DNA of 64,000 nt from Azolla caroliniana (lineage: Eukaryota > Plantae > Polypodiophyta): positions 5,766,001 through 5,830,000 of the forward strand of contig JBHGNT010000005.1 of assembly GCA_043228905.1 (NCBI GenBank), written 5' to 3'. Made by a program: the position numbers and the translations under genes. The notes under the pieces are model-generated. The model was not told where the DNA came from and ran no database searches. It saw only the letters and a program-made list of their open reading frames with translations. Shown here piece after piece: positions 14,550 through 28,618 of this stretch. Every line of letters begins with the position of its first letter. The first letter of the stretch is position 1.

Positions 14550-17500
14550 ACAGCACAAGAGAGAAGATTTTGGAAGAGGATATATATGACGCAAACCACA
14601 CATCTTATTGGAATTTGAACAATATTGTAGCATGAACCATGAGTTACTCAACAATTCCCTTAAAATTAATTTCTAATTATATTTTAACTAGGGCTTTTCT
14701 AATAAAAAAGATTGGAAAGCGCATAATCTACCTTGCCTTCCCTTTATATCATCTTCCTATGTCCTCATTGCTTGATACCAATCTACTACGAGGTTGATGC
14801 AAATAACATGGATCTTGCTTATCTCATCTTATCATCAGGAACCATGTGTCATTTCATTAATCAAACATTCATGACCTAAGAACTTTGGGAAATTTTGAGT
14901 ACGATGATCCATTATTGCTTATGAATTGATGCCAAGATTACCATAAACCACAAGGTGAGAACCTTTCCCAACATTGTTAGAATGGCCAAAACAAAGTTCA
15001 AGTTCAAAGTTAAACAATGAAATTTTTTGTAACTTTGAAGCTCTTCTCTTGAGTTGTGGTGCAAACCAACTTAGAGTTGGTCTTGTGAGAAGAGAACCAA
15101 CTAGACCAACTTCACTATGACCTACATTGGAATATTGATGAGGGTGGACCTAAAAAATCGTTCAAATTTGATTTAAGAGCCTCAAGAATTCTATGTGAGT
15201 GCTATCAAATTTCTCAATCAAACCAATCTTAGGCTCTGATAGTCGCATTGTGGACCTAGAAGCAAATGCATAATAAGCTACTCACTCTTTGAATTCTTCA
15301 TTATATTCTTGCAATTGCTAGTTATACTAAGCAAGTTGATGAACTTGTTGCAAAAGGAAGGATGTTATGATTTCATTGAAAGTTTGAATCTCCATAATAA
15401 TAGAGACACAAGAATGAAAAGATAATAACTCTAATAGTCAAGAGTAGACTAAAAATATAACGAGAGATTCTAGTTCAAATTGTCATGAACTAATAGTTTG
15501 ACAAGAATGAGGAAGAGAGTGCAACAAGAGCTAAGCATTCATGTGAAAAAACATTAATTTTGAGGTTTGGAAGGTGATTTTATAGCTACTTTTGATAACA
15601 ATCATGATTAGTTCTTTGCCTTCATTTGATAAGTGATTTTTCTAGAGTCTCCTTCTCCGAATCTCTTTCATTCCATTAAGTAAAGCTTAAGCTACTTAAT
15701 TATGTGTTCTTTTTCCATCTTATTAATCAGAGTGTTAGCATTAGTGATGTTTGATGGTGTGTGTTTTGAAGATTCGGTTCATCCCGTTGTTAGTCAATGT
15801 GAGAGGGACCACAATCTCGATGCCCCCATTACAACCCACTTTGACACAAATTAAGAGGCCCACTTTGACACAAATTAAGAGGCCCACTTTTAACCTATAA
15901 TGGACGTGGGTGTGCACAATTAATTGTCTTTGAGTTCATGCAAGGCATTTGAGTTTGCAATCTGATCCCCAAACCTTCTAGAAGAGAGTTTCAATGATTT
16001 TACATAAGTAAATGAAGAGTTCATCACCAACTTCACGAGGTAGGTTACAAAATGGAACCCAATTGATAAACCCTTCTCATTAAAGCAAGATACCAAAGAG
16101 ATGCTTCATATAATTCTATTAGACATATCAAGAGTTATTACTATGGGCGTCATCCCGTGGACAATAGCGTTGGACGAAAAATTGATGAATAGGTTCATCA
16201 ATGGGTCATATTTCCCAATGACTCGTGGTTCAACAATTTATGGTTTAGTACCTCAGCATTCATCAAGGTTTCATACAAAGATCTGTAGCCAATTGTTGGG
16301 TTAAAAGTTAAGGATACTCATTGGTAGAATTGGATTCTTAAACGGGGAGTAAAAGTGATCATATTAGATGGTTTTATCTTTGTACCAAATTGAAACCATA
16401 AATTGGGAGTAAATTCACATTAACATTGAATCCTTACATGCACTTGTGTGTAAAAATAGCTCCATTAGAGAGATAAACTTAAGCGCATACGCAGATGAGA
16501 TGCTCAATTGATTGTGGGGAACTCATTGGATGAAGGTAACAAGCTTAGTTGATTAAGGAAATAATCAAGGTAACAATGGAGGCAAATTATGGGAGGAAAA
16601 CATTTGAGGGTGAAAATTGGTCAATCTAAAAACATTTGAGGGGTGGGAGGGAATCCCTAGTGGGTTTAAACAACACAAACCCATTAAGGCGAGTGGCTAT
16701 TGTTACGGGCATGACCATATAATATCCCGTGGTGAGAATTTACCGTAGTATTCTATACATGTGGATAAGTGTGAGGGTTAAACGAGAGTGTAAAGAAGGG
16801 GAGGATTACTTTTAATCCTCGGATTGAGACAACCCATTAGGCCAAGTGTGAACTTGCCTAGGGGCCTTGGGTATCGTTATAAATAAGAGGCCTAGCTAGC
16901 CTCATTTCATCATCTTTTGACTACGTCGAGACTCTGTTCTTGTGGTGGGTCAACTCTTGTAGCGAGCGCGCTAGCACCAGGTACGACTCGACGCCACAAC
17001 AGTGGTATGGGACGCCGTTCGAGGCTTGAGTCCATCTCGATCCCTTCGCTCGGGGGTGGTTAGGTGGATCGGCACCCTTCTTTCTCTCTTTCCTCTCTAT
17101 CTAGATCTATCGTTTATTCTTATCCTTTGCTTACATTAGTACATATCTCTAACAGTTGGTATCAAAGCCTATGTTCTAATGTTTCTTTTGTTGTCTTTTG
17201 TTTTGTTGATTGATGGTGATCGATTGATGTGCGGTCGGCCTTGATCCAGACAACGATCAACAAAGGAACTTCAATAACTCTTTCCTTATTTTTTTCTATT
17301 TTTTCTTCTCCCATCTAATCATGTGTATAGTCTATATGTAATTGTTTTCATTAATTTAATGATGTTGTAGTGGTAATTAATTGGTTGTATAAAACGTTTA
17401 CATATGTGTATGACGTCAATACCTCATTTGACATATATTGAATATGTGATTAGTGTCGTATGCGCACGAGGTTAATAACTCAATTGCATATTACGCTCAC

Positions 17501-18352
17501 ATACATATGTTACGTATGCGTATGAGGTCAATACCTCGATTTTGTTGTAAATGATATACGTTTGGTGTCGTATGTGTAAGAGGTCAATACCTCAATTGTG
17601 TATTACAATGAACCCTTATTTTTGGATGTTTCATTTGCGTAGAGGTATATGCCTTGATTACGTATCTCGATTATATCATTTATGGCTATTTGATGTAACG
17701 ATTTGTTTAATATACGCATATGTGGTCACGTGTATACGTATTTGATCGTATATCTGTGATAATATACATATGTGTATATAAGTTATTACATGATTTTAAT
17801 ATCGAATGTTTTCCTTTTCGGGGAAAGGATCTTGGTGGCCGTCCTCACATTTTTGTGAGAATGGCATTGTCACCATCCCTTTTTTCAACAACTTTTTATT
17901 GTTGACATTCCCGTTGGTGACTTCGATTTTATTCCGTAAAGAAATGCCTATAGCCACAATGATGTTGAGAACGTAGGGCTTGACCCACTTCATGTGAGGT
18001 CACTCCTATGACACACATATCCAACATCCCTCCCTCATTACATGGATACGATGCCACCATGAGATCATTCTTACGAAAGGCATTCGTAATGACGTAACTA
18101 TGTGATGGGCCACGTGGGCCTACTACAAAAAGAGGGCTCATTTGGCTTGACCATTAGGTTGCATTGGCGTATGCCATTGTAATTACGAGACTTGAGGTTA
18201 GGTAACGTACCGACAAAGTTTGTGGTAAACGAGGGGGAAATAAGGACTCTTGACATATATGTTTCTTTTAAAAAAACATATATGGGCAAATGCCTCACAT
18301 ATCTCTTATACGCATGAAACATTAAACATTCAAGAAGAGCAACCTACTTGGT

Positions 18353-18422
18353 TGGCTCAAGTGTTTAATGCATTTGTTCTCGAGGTCTTGAGTTCATACA
18401 TATGAGTATAACACATGTTTAG
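18353..18422 (+). mobile_element. tRNA-like SINE fragment inside the 5' leader of element A
   Basis: TGGCTCAAGTG..GAGTTCATAC; same family as 9238-9437. Confidence 0.55.
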
Positions 18423-18816
18423 ACTTGAGGTCTAAGTGCACTTCGGGGTCCTCATAATAGGACTTAAAGAGCCGAAACCACATATGTGGGCATAGAAACA
18501 TAGTTTATTGTTAACATTTTTTTCATGTATAAACTACTCATGGCACGAACATACATGGTTGAGCCTCAGGGAGCTGCCATGAAAAAATCGATATAGAGAT
18601 TAGGGAAAGACATTAATTTGTCACCCCCATGGTTTTTAAAACACCTTTGTGTTACCATGTAACCTGATCTTGAACCTCATCTCATACGTCTAGAGGGGTA
18701 TTGACGTGAGATCATGATATCAACTAATGTTTGTCCATGATATGTTTACATCACGACATGATGTTATGACTATTTGTTTGACCTTATCCTATTTCTTTGC
18801 CAGAAATAATCATTTA

Positions 18817-20706
18817 ATGGCTCAAAATAACGACCCGATGTCATCCGCTCAAGTGGAAGGAACTCAAGGAAATCCTCCTGGACAAATGTCCATTGAGATG
18901 TATTTTTCGCAAATAACCCAATACCTTAGTTTCACCACTCAACAAATGACCGAACTTCGGCAATCTCAAAGTGCTCTTGAGGCATGTGTCATTAGTTTAC
19001 AACGTGAGACTAATTGACCTGATGAGCGACAGGGTGAACCATCGTTTGTCGTTAAGCCATTTACGGGAGAAAAAAAGGAAAGAACCGAAGAAGCAATCTG
19101 CACGTGGTTGGGCCGATGGGAGTCTCATTTTGAGCTCTATCCCACGCCAAATAGTACAAAGATTGCATATGTCGGCTCAGAACTATGGGGTAAGGCCGCC
19201 ACCTGGTGGCGTGGGCTCCAAACTTTGGGGAAATTGCCCGATACCTGGACAAATTTTGTCACAATTTTTAAGGGCCAAATTCTGCAACCTCCCTCTCGAA
19301 TCGAGGCAGCTCAATCTTTAATGAACCTCTCTAGCAGGAAATTTTCTTCGCTAGAAGACTATGTCCACCATGCTAGAACCCAAATCCAAAAATCGGGTCT
19401 AGAAGGGGACAATTGGTTAATAGCTTGTTTTGTCAATGGCATCCCCAATTCGGACCATCACTGGATAGTGCACGATAAGGATTCGAAATCCTTCGAAGAG
19501 GCCGTTGAAATAGTTCTTCACTATCAACGCACTTCAAAGGACCACAACAAATCCAACGAAGCGCCCGGGACTAAGCATTCGCAATTCGCTGGGAAACGCA
19601 AGACACCCAATGAATTCATGGATCGCGATTGTAAGCGACAACATCCTTTTTGTGTATTCTGCAAAAAGAAGGGTCATACAAAATAACAATGTCGAAAGCT
19701 CCAACGGAAAGAGCACGACAACAAAACAAAAGTTGCAGACCATAAAGGTCAGATTCCTAATGTCCTTCAAGTCTATACACATCATTTAAGTAATTGTCAA
19801 TATTCTTTCCCTCACTACGTATTGGGTCCCAATGATTTACTACATGCAAACGGGTATATCAATGGATCTCCCATACAATTTTTGTTTGATTCGGGAAGCT
19901 CACACAACTTTGTGAATGATCGTTTGGTTCAGATATGGGGAATCCAACCCACCGTAAGTGATCACACCTATACGGTGCACTTGGCCGATGGAAGATTAAA
20001 ATACATCAACGGGGTGATTCATTCATTAGGAATTTCTATTGACACTTATATAGAGGAAGTAGACTTCCATGTAATGAATCTTTGTACCACTGATGTAATA
20101 CTGGGTTATCCCTGGTTCTATAATAAAAACTCTTCTTTATCTATTGATTGGGTTCATCATTCAATAACATTTGTACTAAACGACTGTACTCATTTTATTC
20201 AATGTGTAAAAAAACAATCCCTCTCGATTGTTTTCTCTCCATCAATATCCAAGTTGTCTTGTTCTACTCTTTTTTATTGTGTACTTGATCCGGACATTCA
20301 CGTTTACAATATCGATAATGTCTCGGTTCAATTAACATATTTTGAACAACAACAACTTGATGAAATCTTAAGTGATTTTCGTGATGCTTTTCCAAGTGAA
20401 CTACCACATGGGTTACCTCCTAAACGTAATATAGACCATCGTATAGATATTGTACCTGGCATTGCACAAATAAGTATACCTCCTTATCGCTTAAGTTGAT
20501 CCGAAGAGGATGAGGTATCTAAGCAACTCAAGGACTATTTACGAATGGGTTATATACGTTACAGTAAATCTCCATGGGGTGCACCAGTTCTCTTGGTTAA
20601 AAATAAAGAGGGCACATGGCGTATGTGTATTAATTATCGACGCTTGAATAAAGTGATGATCAAGAATTCGTATCCATTGCCCCGGGTTGATGATATAATT
20701 GACAGT
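18817..20706 (+). pseudogene. Element A gag-protease-RT (5' part)
   Basis: Gag with zinc knuckle CVFCKKKGHTK*QC, protease FLFDSGSSHNF, RT start [38 protein letters not shown]. Several stops; interrupted by B. Confidence 0.9.
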
Positions 20707-21444
20707 TGTCGCGTAGTTACGCGCGTGCTTGGAGAACGAGGCTGGACCACTGGGGCCTTGGACCAAGGAATAGCCGAATGAGAAGAGGGGAAGGAAACTC
20801 CCGATGTAATTCACACGCTCACAAGCACGCACATTCACAGGAGTTGCAGCTAACTCCAAACAATGGAGACAGAACAAATGTAAATGTATATATATTTCAA
20901 GGAGTTACAACCGGCAAGTCGGCGAGTGATAGGCTCTGACGCCTGCACACACACACACACACCCACGCGAAATGGAGACTCTACCAGAAGCACTCTGGCA
21001 TTCCGCGGAGTGGAGGCAACCTCCCGAAAACCTGTGCAGGACGACTATGGAGACGACAAAGGAGAAGAGCTTGGTCCCAGTCCGGCAGCACTTCGTCCTC
21101 CACAAAACGCGATCCCTTTACAATACCTCTCCCTCTCTTTTATAGCCCAAGGAGGGAGGCCGTTACTAGCCGTCACATCATGTTTATTCCCTGTCCTTTT
21201 GGACAGGGGTACGCATCGATTTTCTCCCTAATGATTGTGTGCTACCTAGGATTTCACCTCAACCAACTTGTACCTACCTATGTACTATACAACAAAACTT
21301 CTGCCCACGTGTAAGGGCTGGTTTATGCATGTTATACCCGGTTTCCGCCTAGGGACGGTTTTCTCCATGACACCCGCCCCCACCTAACCGCGCATCCATC
21401 AGTACGTGCCAGATACAACACTTGCCGGAGAAACCGGCCCACTA

Positions 21445-22913
21445 TCACCCGTCGCCGCCCGAATCATCATTCGTTTCGAGCCGGTCGTCGTCGTCAATCG
21501 CGCATTCCGGGTCTGGCTCTTCCTCTTGCCGCTTCTTGAATACCTTGACCCTTTTTCCCGCTACTGGCACCACCATCCGTGTCCCATCGAGCTCCGCGAG
21601 ATGGTACATGGCGTTGTCGTTCGCACTTGTTACCGCATAGGGCCCGAACCACCTCCTCGCAAACTTACGCGCCGCCTTGTGCTGATTGTCAAGGTTGCTG
21701 TCATGCACCAGCACCCAATCACCTTCCTCGATCTTCCTCGGGCTCAGTCGGTGAGTACGGTCGAACCGACCTTTGTTCTTTTCTCGAGCTGTATGCAACC
21801 TTTCTTTCGCCCGCTCCACGTCTTCCGGTCTTCACTCGAGCTGTCGGATCCTAGCTGCCAGCAACTCTTCCCGGCTCATCTCGTCCTTCCAGTCCATCGC
21901 GGCCCACGAAGTGATCGTTTTCTCCACTGGCATGATTGGCTTCTGCCCGTACATCAACTCCGCTGGCATGAACCCCGTCACCGAACTGTGCATAGTTCGA
22001 TTCGCCCATAGTGCGTAAGGAAGGAGTTGCGGCCAATTCCCGACCTGTCCTTCGCATGCACGTACTAACGCCTTCACAATGGGCCCGTGACCACGCTCTA
22101 CCTTCTTGTTGGCCTCTAGATTGTACATCGTAGTGAGGGAGAGTTTGACCCCCAGTCGGTCAAACAGCTCTTTAGCCTCTTGCGCGTCTAGTTCTCCGTG
22201 GTCGGCCACAATCTTTCCTACACACCCGTACCGGCACACCACTTCTTCGATCAGAAATCGGCACACGGCCGCGTTCATTTTGTTCTGCAACGCTCGGCCT
22301 TCCACCTAGTTCGTCAGGTCGTCCCGAGCCAGCACCAGATATCGCATCTATCCTACCCCCATCGGCATGGTCACGAAATCCACCATCCATTTGAAGTGGA
22401 CGGTCGGTGGGTAGGTTGGATGAAGCTCATCTTGATGCCGGACTATAGAGTGCATCTGGCAATTCTTACAGGTTGTCACAAAATGATGCACGTCCCGGTA
22501 CAGCCCCGACCACCAATACCTACCCTCGAGATTTTCGAATGTGGCCCACGTCCCACGGTGTCCGGCCTAGGGACTCTCGTGATATGCCGTAAGCAACACT
22601 TTCTGCTCGTCTTCCCTTGCCACTACGCTTCTTCGGATGCCTCCATATGCGTCCTCCTCGTAGGAAGAATCGGTACACCTTCTTCCGCACCCGATTAGCC
22701 TCTTCTCTAGTCCACGTCGTGTCCGACATCATCGTCCGCATGAATCTTCCTATTTGGAGCCACTCCCCGTCGTATTCGCTCTCATCGAACTCGTTAAGCG
22801 CCGGAGTGCTCCCCGTCTCAGTTGCCACATTAGCTGACCCGAAGAAGTCCTCGCCAACCTCTTCGTTATCCGAAACCATGCCGTCCTCGTCGCTGAACTG
22901 CGCCCTTGAAAGC
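21445..22913 (-). pseudogene. Element B integrase (frameshifted)
   Basis: RYGCVGKIVADHGE..KVERGH..WPQLLPYALWA..TGFMPAELMYG..RRWFGPY, ending in an acidic tail; no chromodomain seen. Confidence 0.88.
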
Positions 22914-25900
22914 TGTTGAGAGACAAGCTCAACATCGGCCGGATCGGCTGAAGAAGCCGAGGAATGGATCGGTTGGGACCGATTGGTTAGGCCGAGTGCG
23001 TAAACCGGGAGGCCGTTAGGAAAGATATTCCGTGAGGAATATATTTGGGAGTTAGTGTAGGAGCTCTTAATGAGCCTTGAAGTACTGTCAATACTTCATT
23101 TAGTCCTTCGAGGATTTGTATAAAAGTGTTCATGGAACACACGTATGTATAGAGTAGTGAATCGAGATTTTGTTGTTGAACATCTTCATACCTGCTTTTG
23201 CACGCTACTTTCTACATGGTATTAAAGCGCGAGGGTTGAGAACCTCTCTGCAGCCGACACAGCTTGACGAAGAAGAACAAGAAGAACGATGGATAGAGGC
23301 ATGGCGAGCTCGCTTCCAACAGAGAAGCTCGACAGAACCAACTACACGTCTTGGTCTTACAAGATGCACCAGTACCTGCTAGGGCACGGCTACTGGAGTT
23401 ATGTCAAAGGAGCTAATGACGCGGCACCCGAATCGACACACAGAGACTTCCCGTCGTGGGAGCAATCGGCGAGCAGGGTATTGTATTGCTTTGCGTCGTG
23501 TGTGGGCGAACAGCTATTGAGCTATGTTCGGGATGCAAAGACGCCAAAGGGTGTGTGGGAAAATCTGAAGAAGATTTTCGCCGCGAGCACCACAGCCAGG
23601 AAGCTTCAGCTCCGACAGGAGTTGAGCAACCTACGACAACGCGACTTGTCGGTGGCGGATTATACCTCGAAGATCAAGGATATATGCGACTCCCTTGCCC
23701 CCATAGAGGTGAACATCGAGGAGAGCGAGATGGTCCAGATCTGTCTCAGAGGTTTGGCATCGAAGTTCGGAGCGTTCCGAACGGTTGTGTGTACCCGGGA
23801 GAATACGCCGTCCTTTTTCGACTTACAGTCAATGCTCCTGGTGGAGGAGAACCACGCGGGTGCGTCTACAAGCACGCACACCGACATCAGAATGTTGTAC
23901 ACGGAGGGAGATAGGCCCCGTGGACGTGGAGGACGAGACGAGTCGGCGCGCAATGGAGGCGGCCGACGAGATCAAGGAAGAAGGCACCGAAGTGATGCCG
24001 ACAGCAACTCCGGACCCTCTGGAAACAGGGGGAGTCAAAGCGATGAGAACCGGCAAGGGAAGTCCATCGCGGAGTGCTGGTACTGTGGAAAGAAAGGCCA
24101 TAGGGAAAGTGAGTGCTGGAAGAAGCGCGCCGATTCGGAGAGAACCGGTTCCGGAAACAGCTCTGGACATACCGACAAGGGAAATTGGCAGCGATCACAC
24201 TACGCCGAAGACTCTGGGAGAGCCAGAGAAGGGTTTGCCTTCGTGACGAGACACGAAGCAAAGTCAATGAAACGGATCACCCCGAGATCAGACGAGGTGT
24301 GGTACGTAGACTCCGGCGCGTCAAACCACATGACGAGCCATAAGGAGTGGTTCTCGTACCTCGAAAAACCGATACAACCTGGAGTAGTCGCAACTGGAGA
24401 CGACACTTCGCATCTGATCGCGAATGTCGGAGAAGTTCCCCTTAGCCATGTCGGGCAGAAAGGGAAACTCATGAACATCCTACACGTTCCGACAATCACG
24501 AAGACCTTGGTCTCGGTCGGACAGATCGTCGACCAAGGGATGGAGGTTCGGTTTACACACCTCGGGTGCTTCATTGAGGAAGAAGGCCGTGTGATTGCGC
24601 AAGGGCGCAGAGATGGGAGGATGTTCATCCTCGACTCCACTGACGGCGGCACCGCAATGTTCGCGAAGGGACAAAAACCCGAGTCGGACATCGACTTGTG
24701 GCACAAGCGGATAGGCCACATCAACTACCTGCGGCTTCAAGATCTGCAATTGAAACAGGTAGTGTTCGGATTGCCCAAATTTAGTGGCCGAAAGGCACAA
24801 ATTTGTGAAGCCTGCCAGCTCGGGAAGCAACACCGACTTCCTTTCCCCAACGAGCGAAACCGGAGCCGGAACAAGCTCGACCTTATACACTCCGATGTGT
24901 GGGGGCCGGCACAAAACGTTAGTCTTGGCGGGAGCCGATATTTCGTCTCCTTCATCGACGACCACACGCGGCACACGTCGATCTATCTCATTGAGAGGAA
25001 GAGCGAAGTCTTCGACTGTTTCCGGGACCTCAAAGGGTTCGTGGAAACGGAAACGGGACGAAAGATCAAGTGCCTGCGGTCGAATGGCGGGAAAGAGTAC
25101 TTTTCCGGTCAATTCAACGGTTATCTACAACAAATGGGAATTCGGCTCGAATTCAGTTGTAGATACACGCCGGAGCAGAACGGCGTGGGGCAAGAGGAAG
25201 AATCGGTCAGTTGTGGAAGCGGCACTGGCAATGCTGGAGGAGAAGAGCTTGCCCAAGTTCTATTGGGCCGAGGCGGTAAGGACCGCGGTATACATCCAGA
25301 ACTGGATCGGAGACAAAGTGTCGGCGCACGAGCTATATTTCGGAACGAAGCCAAACTTACGACACTTGAGGGTGTTCGGTAGCATTGCGTATCTGCATGT
25401 ACCGAAGGAGAAAAGGAGGAAGTTGGACGCAAAGGCCGAGAAATGCATCTTGGTCGGTTACTCGGACGAGCAGAAGGGTTATAAGTGCTATAACCCTCGC
25501 ACCAAACAAGCGCGTGTTAGCCGCGACGTTGTGGTTGACAAGTCCGCGTCCTGGTACCAGCCCCCGACTCCAATCCCTGTTCTGACGATGAGGTCAACGA
25601 GGCTGAGATGCCTCCGGATGAGCCCGAAATCGAGACCCGCGAAGAGAGTTCGATTTCACTCCATTTAAGTGGACCGATTGGACGACTGAGTCGGTACGAT
25701 CAGTCCGATGAAGAGCCGGCGAGTAGTGGAGACTCGGCCGTGCATTCCCCGCGTAGGAAGCCGAGGAGACGGCTTACGTGCAAAGAGAAAGGGAAGAAGA
25801 AGGTGTCGGATTCCGGGACGGATAGGAACGAGTCAGACCGACGCGAGTCCGACTCCGAGGGAACCGATGACAGGTCTTTAAAGGTGAAGTCCGCGTCGAT

Positions 25901-28467
25901 TGAGAAGGCCTCGACATAGGCTAATGTGAATTACGCCGATCTACCCGCCAGAAGAACCCTGTCTTGCGGTTCGGATACAACGAGTACATGGCACATCATT
26001 ATGCGTACATGACCCGTGTAGCGGAAGTGCGTGAGCCGGAGAGCTACGTAGAAGCGGCTAAAGACGCGAATTGGCGCGCCGCGATGGAGGAAGAGATGCA
26101 CGCATTGGCGGAGAACGAGACCTGGGACCTGGTTGACACACCGAAGGGTGTGAAGCCGATCGGGTGTAGATGGGTGTACAAAGTCAAGTACAACACTGAT
26201 GGCTCGGTCAACCGGTACAAGGCTCGGCTGGTGGCAAAGGGCTACGTGTAGAAACACGGCATCGACTACGATGAGACGTTTGCGCCGGTCGCGAAAATGA
26301 CGATCGTCTGTGTTTTGATCGCAGTAGCTACCGTGAAGGGGTGGCACTTACATCAGATGGATGTAAAGAATGCGTTCCTGCAAGGTGACCTTGAGGAACA
26401 AGTGTACATGGTACAGCCCCCCGGATTTCACTCCGGAACGAACTCCTCAGCAGTATGCCGACTGAAGAAGTCCCTTTAAGGACTGAAGCAAGCCCCACGT
26501 GCCTGGAACGCAAAGATCACGCAACAACTGCGTCGGATGGGCTTCGTCACGTCAAAATCGGACTCTTCCCTGTTCATCCGGAAAGGTAGACTCGGACCGG
26601 TTAGTATTTTACTATATGTTGATGACTTGGTCATCACCGGCACCGACCTACGTGAAATCAACCGCGTGAAGCTCTAGCTTGCGGCATCGTTCGACATGAA
26701 GGATCTGGGGGACCTTCATTACTTCCTCAGCATAATGATCAGCCAACGTCATTACGTGTTGAGTATGCTCTTTAAATTCGAGATGGCCGACTGTAAGTCC
26801 GTCTCGACTCCTCTGGACAGAATCGTCAAGCTTCGTCCCGATACGGGAAAGGTATGCGACCCAACGAGGTTCCGACAAATTGTCAGAAGCCTCATATACT
26901 TGACCATCACCCGACCCGACCTCAGTTATCCGGTCGGGGTGATCAGTCAGTTCATGGTGCGACCTACCGAGGAGCACCTTCAGTGTGCGCAACGCATACT
27001 TCGGTATGTCAACGGCACTAAGGACCGGGGACTGCTATATCGGACCGGTGCAGCCGCGCAGTTAGTCGGCTACACCGATGCTGATTGGGCTGGCAACGTC
27101 GCCGATCGCCGATCCACGTCCGGATACACGTTCTCTCTCGAGAGTGCCGCGATCGCGTGGAGCAGTAAGAAGCAGCCGACTGTTGCACTGTCGAGCACCG
27201 AAGCTGAGTACCGAGGAGCGGCTGTCGCGACATGCGAAGCCATATGGTTGAAGCGGCTACTTAAGGACCTGCAAGAGGAGGTGTCAGATCCGACGACAAT
27301 CTACTGCGACAACCTCAGCAGCATCCAGTTCGCGAAAAACCCCGTTTTCCACGCACGGACCAAGCACATTGAGGTGCACTACCATTTCGTCCGTGAGCAT
27401 GTTCTTTCCGGTGAAGTCGAACTTCAGTACGTGCCGACGGATCGGTAGATTGCCGACATCTTCACCAAGCCTCTTGGTCTGGACAAGTTGCGGCAATTCT
27501 CAGTTGCGCTCGGGTTGCGTCACCTCGACGTGCCAAACTTGAGGGGGAGAACCCAAGCAAAGCAGCAGGAAAGGAGCGGAGGCCGCGACACCGAGTTGGT
27601 TGACTCGGCTGTTGACTCGGTAGTCGAGTTCGACTTCGGATCGGCTGAAGAAGCCGAGGGACCCGCGGAAAAGTCCGGAAACGGACAAAAGGGGAGCAGC
27701 CGAAGGAGAGAGATGAAGCCAACCACGAATTGGGAAGATGACGCCATCGAGGGCAAGAAGACCGAAGACGAGTTGGAGACAGCCAACTCGGACAAGAGAG
27801 AAAACCGATCGGAGGTAGCCGAGTCGGTTCGGATGTTTGATTCAAATATGCTGAATCAACCGAGGCCCAAGCGGAAGAAAGGCAGCAGGAGAAGCGTCAA
27901 CATCGCAACAGCAGAAGAGCTGATAAGGGTTGCATGAGGAAACAAGCTGACTTGAAGGGTCGAAGCGCGCGGAGTCGAACATGTCGAGGAGTGAGAGCGA
28001 GGCGTGAAGCCAGGAGGAACCGGAGCTGTGAGCCCGAGGATCCCAACGAGCCTCATGTTGAGCTTGAGGGGGAGTGTTGAGAGACAAGCTCAACATCGGC
28101 CGGATCGGCTGAAGAAGTCGAGGACTGGATCGGTTGGAACCGATCGGTTAGGCCGAGTGCGTAAACCGGGAGGCCGTTAGGAAAGATATTCCGTGAGGAA
28201 TATATTTGGGAGTTAGTGTAGGAGCTCTTAATGAGCCTTGAAGTACTGTCAGTCCTTCGAGGACTTGTATAAAAGTGTTCATGGAACACACGTATGTATA
28301 GAGTAGTGAATCGAGATTTTGTTGTTGAACATAGTTCTGTATGTTCTCTCTCACTCTCTCTCTCTGTCTCTCCCGCGTATACTGCGTAAGCTCAAGCTCT
28401 CCATTAAACCTGAGTTTTCTTCCTTCTGTTCCATCTTCATACCTGCTTCCGCACGCTACTTTCTACA
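22914..28467 (+). mobile_element. Element C: full-length Ty1/Copia element inserted between RNase H and integrase of B
   Basis: LTRs 22914-23216 and 28075-28467 (TG..CA; the 5' LTR lacks 102 bp and has 12 extra bp); PBS TGGTATTAAAGC; PPT GAGGGGGAG at 28066-28074; TSD AAAGC on both sides. Confidence 0.95.
23301..27937 (+). pseudogene. Element C gag-pol polyprotein with frameshifts and stops
   Basis: CWYCGKKGHRESEC knuckle, WYVDSGASNH protease, WHKRIGH..CEACQLGK..HSDVWGP integrase, [26 protein letters not shown], RNase H YTDADWAG..SSTEAEY..RTKHIEV. Confidence 0.93.
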
Positions 28468-28618
28468 AAAGCATATCGGCCATGGCTTTATCCTTTCCGA
28501 AGATGTGCCGTATCTCCGGGTTCAGGGACTTGATGTACGCGATCCACCTGAGCATCGCTAGGTCCGGAGTCGCGCACCCGAGAATCGATAGGCAGTCCGT
28601 CTCGATGATCACTTCCGT

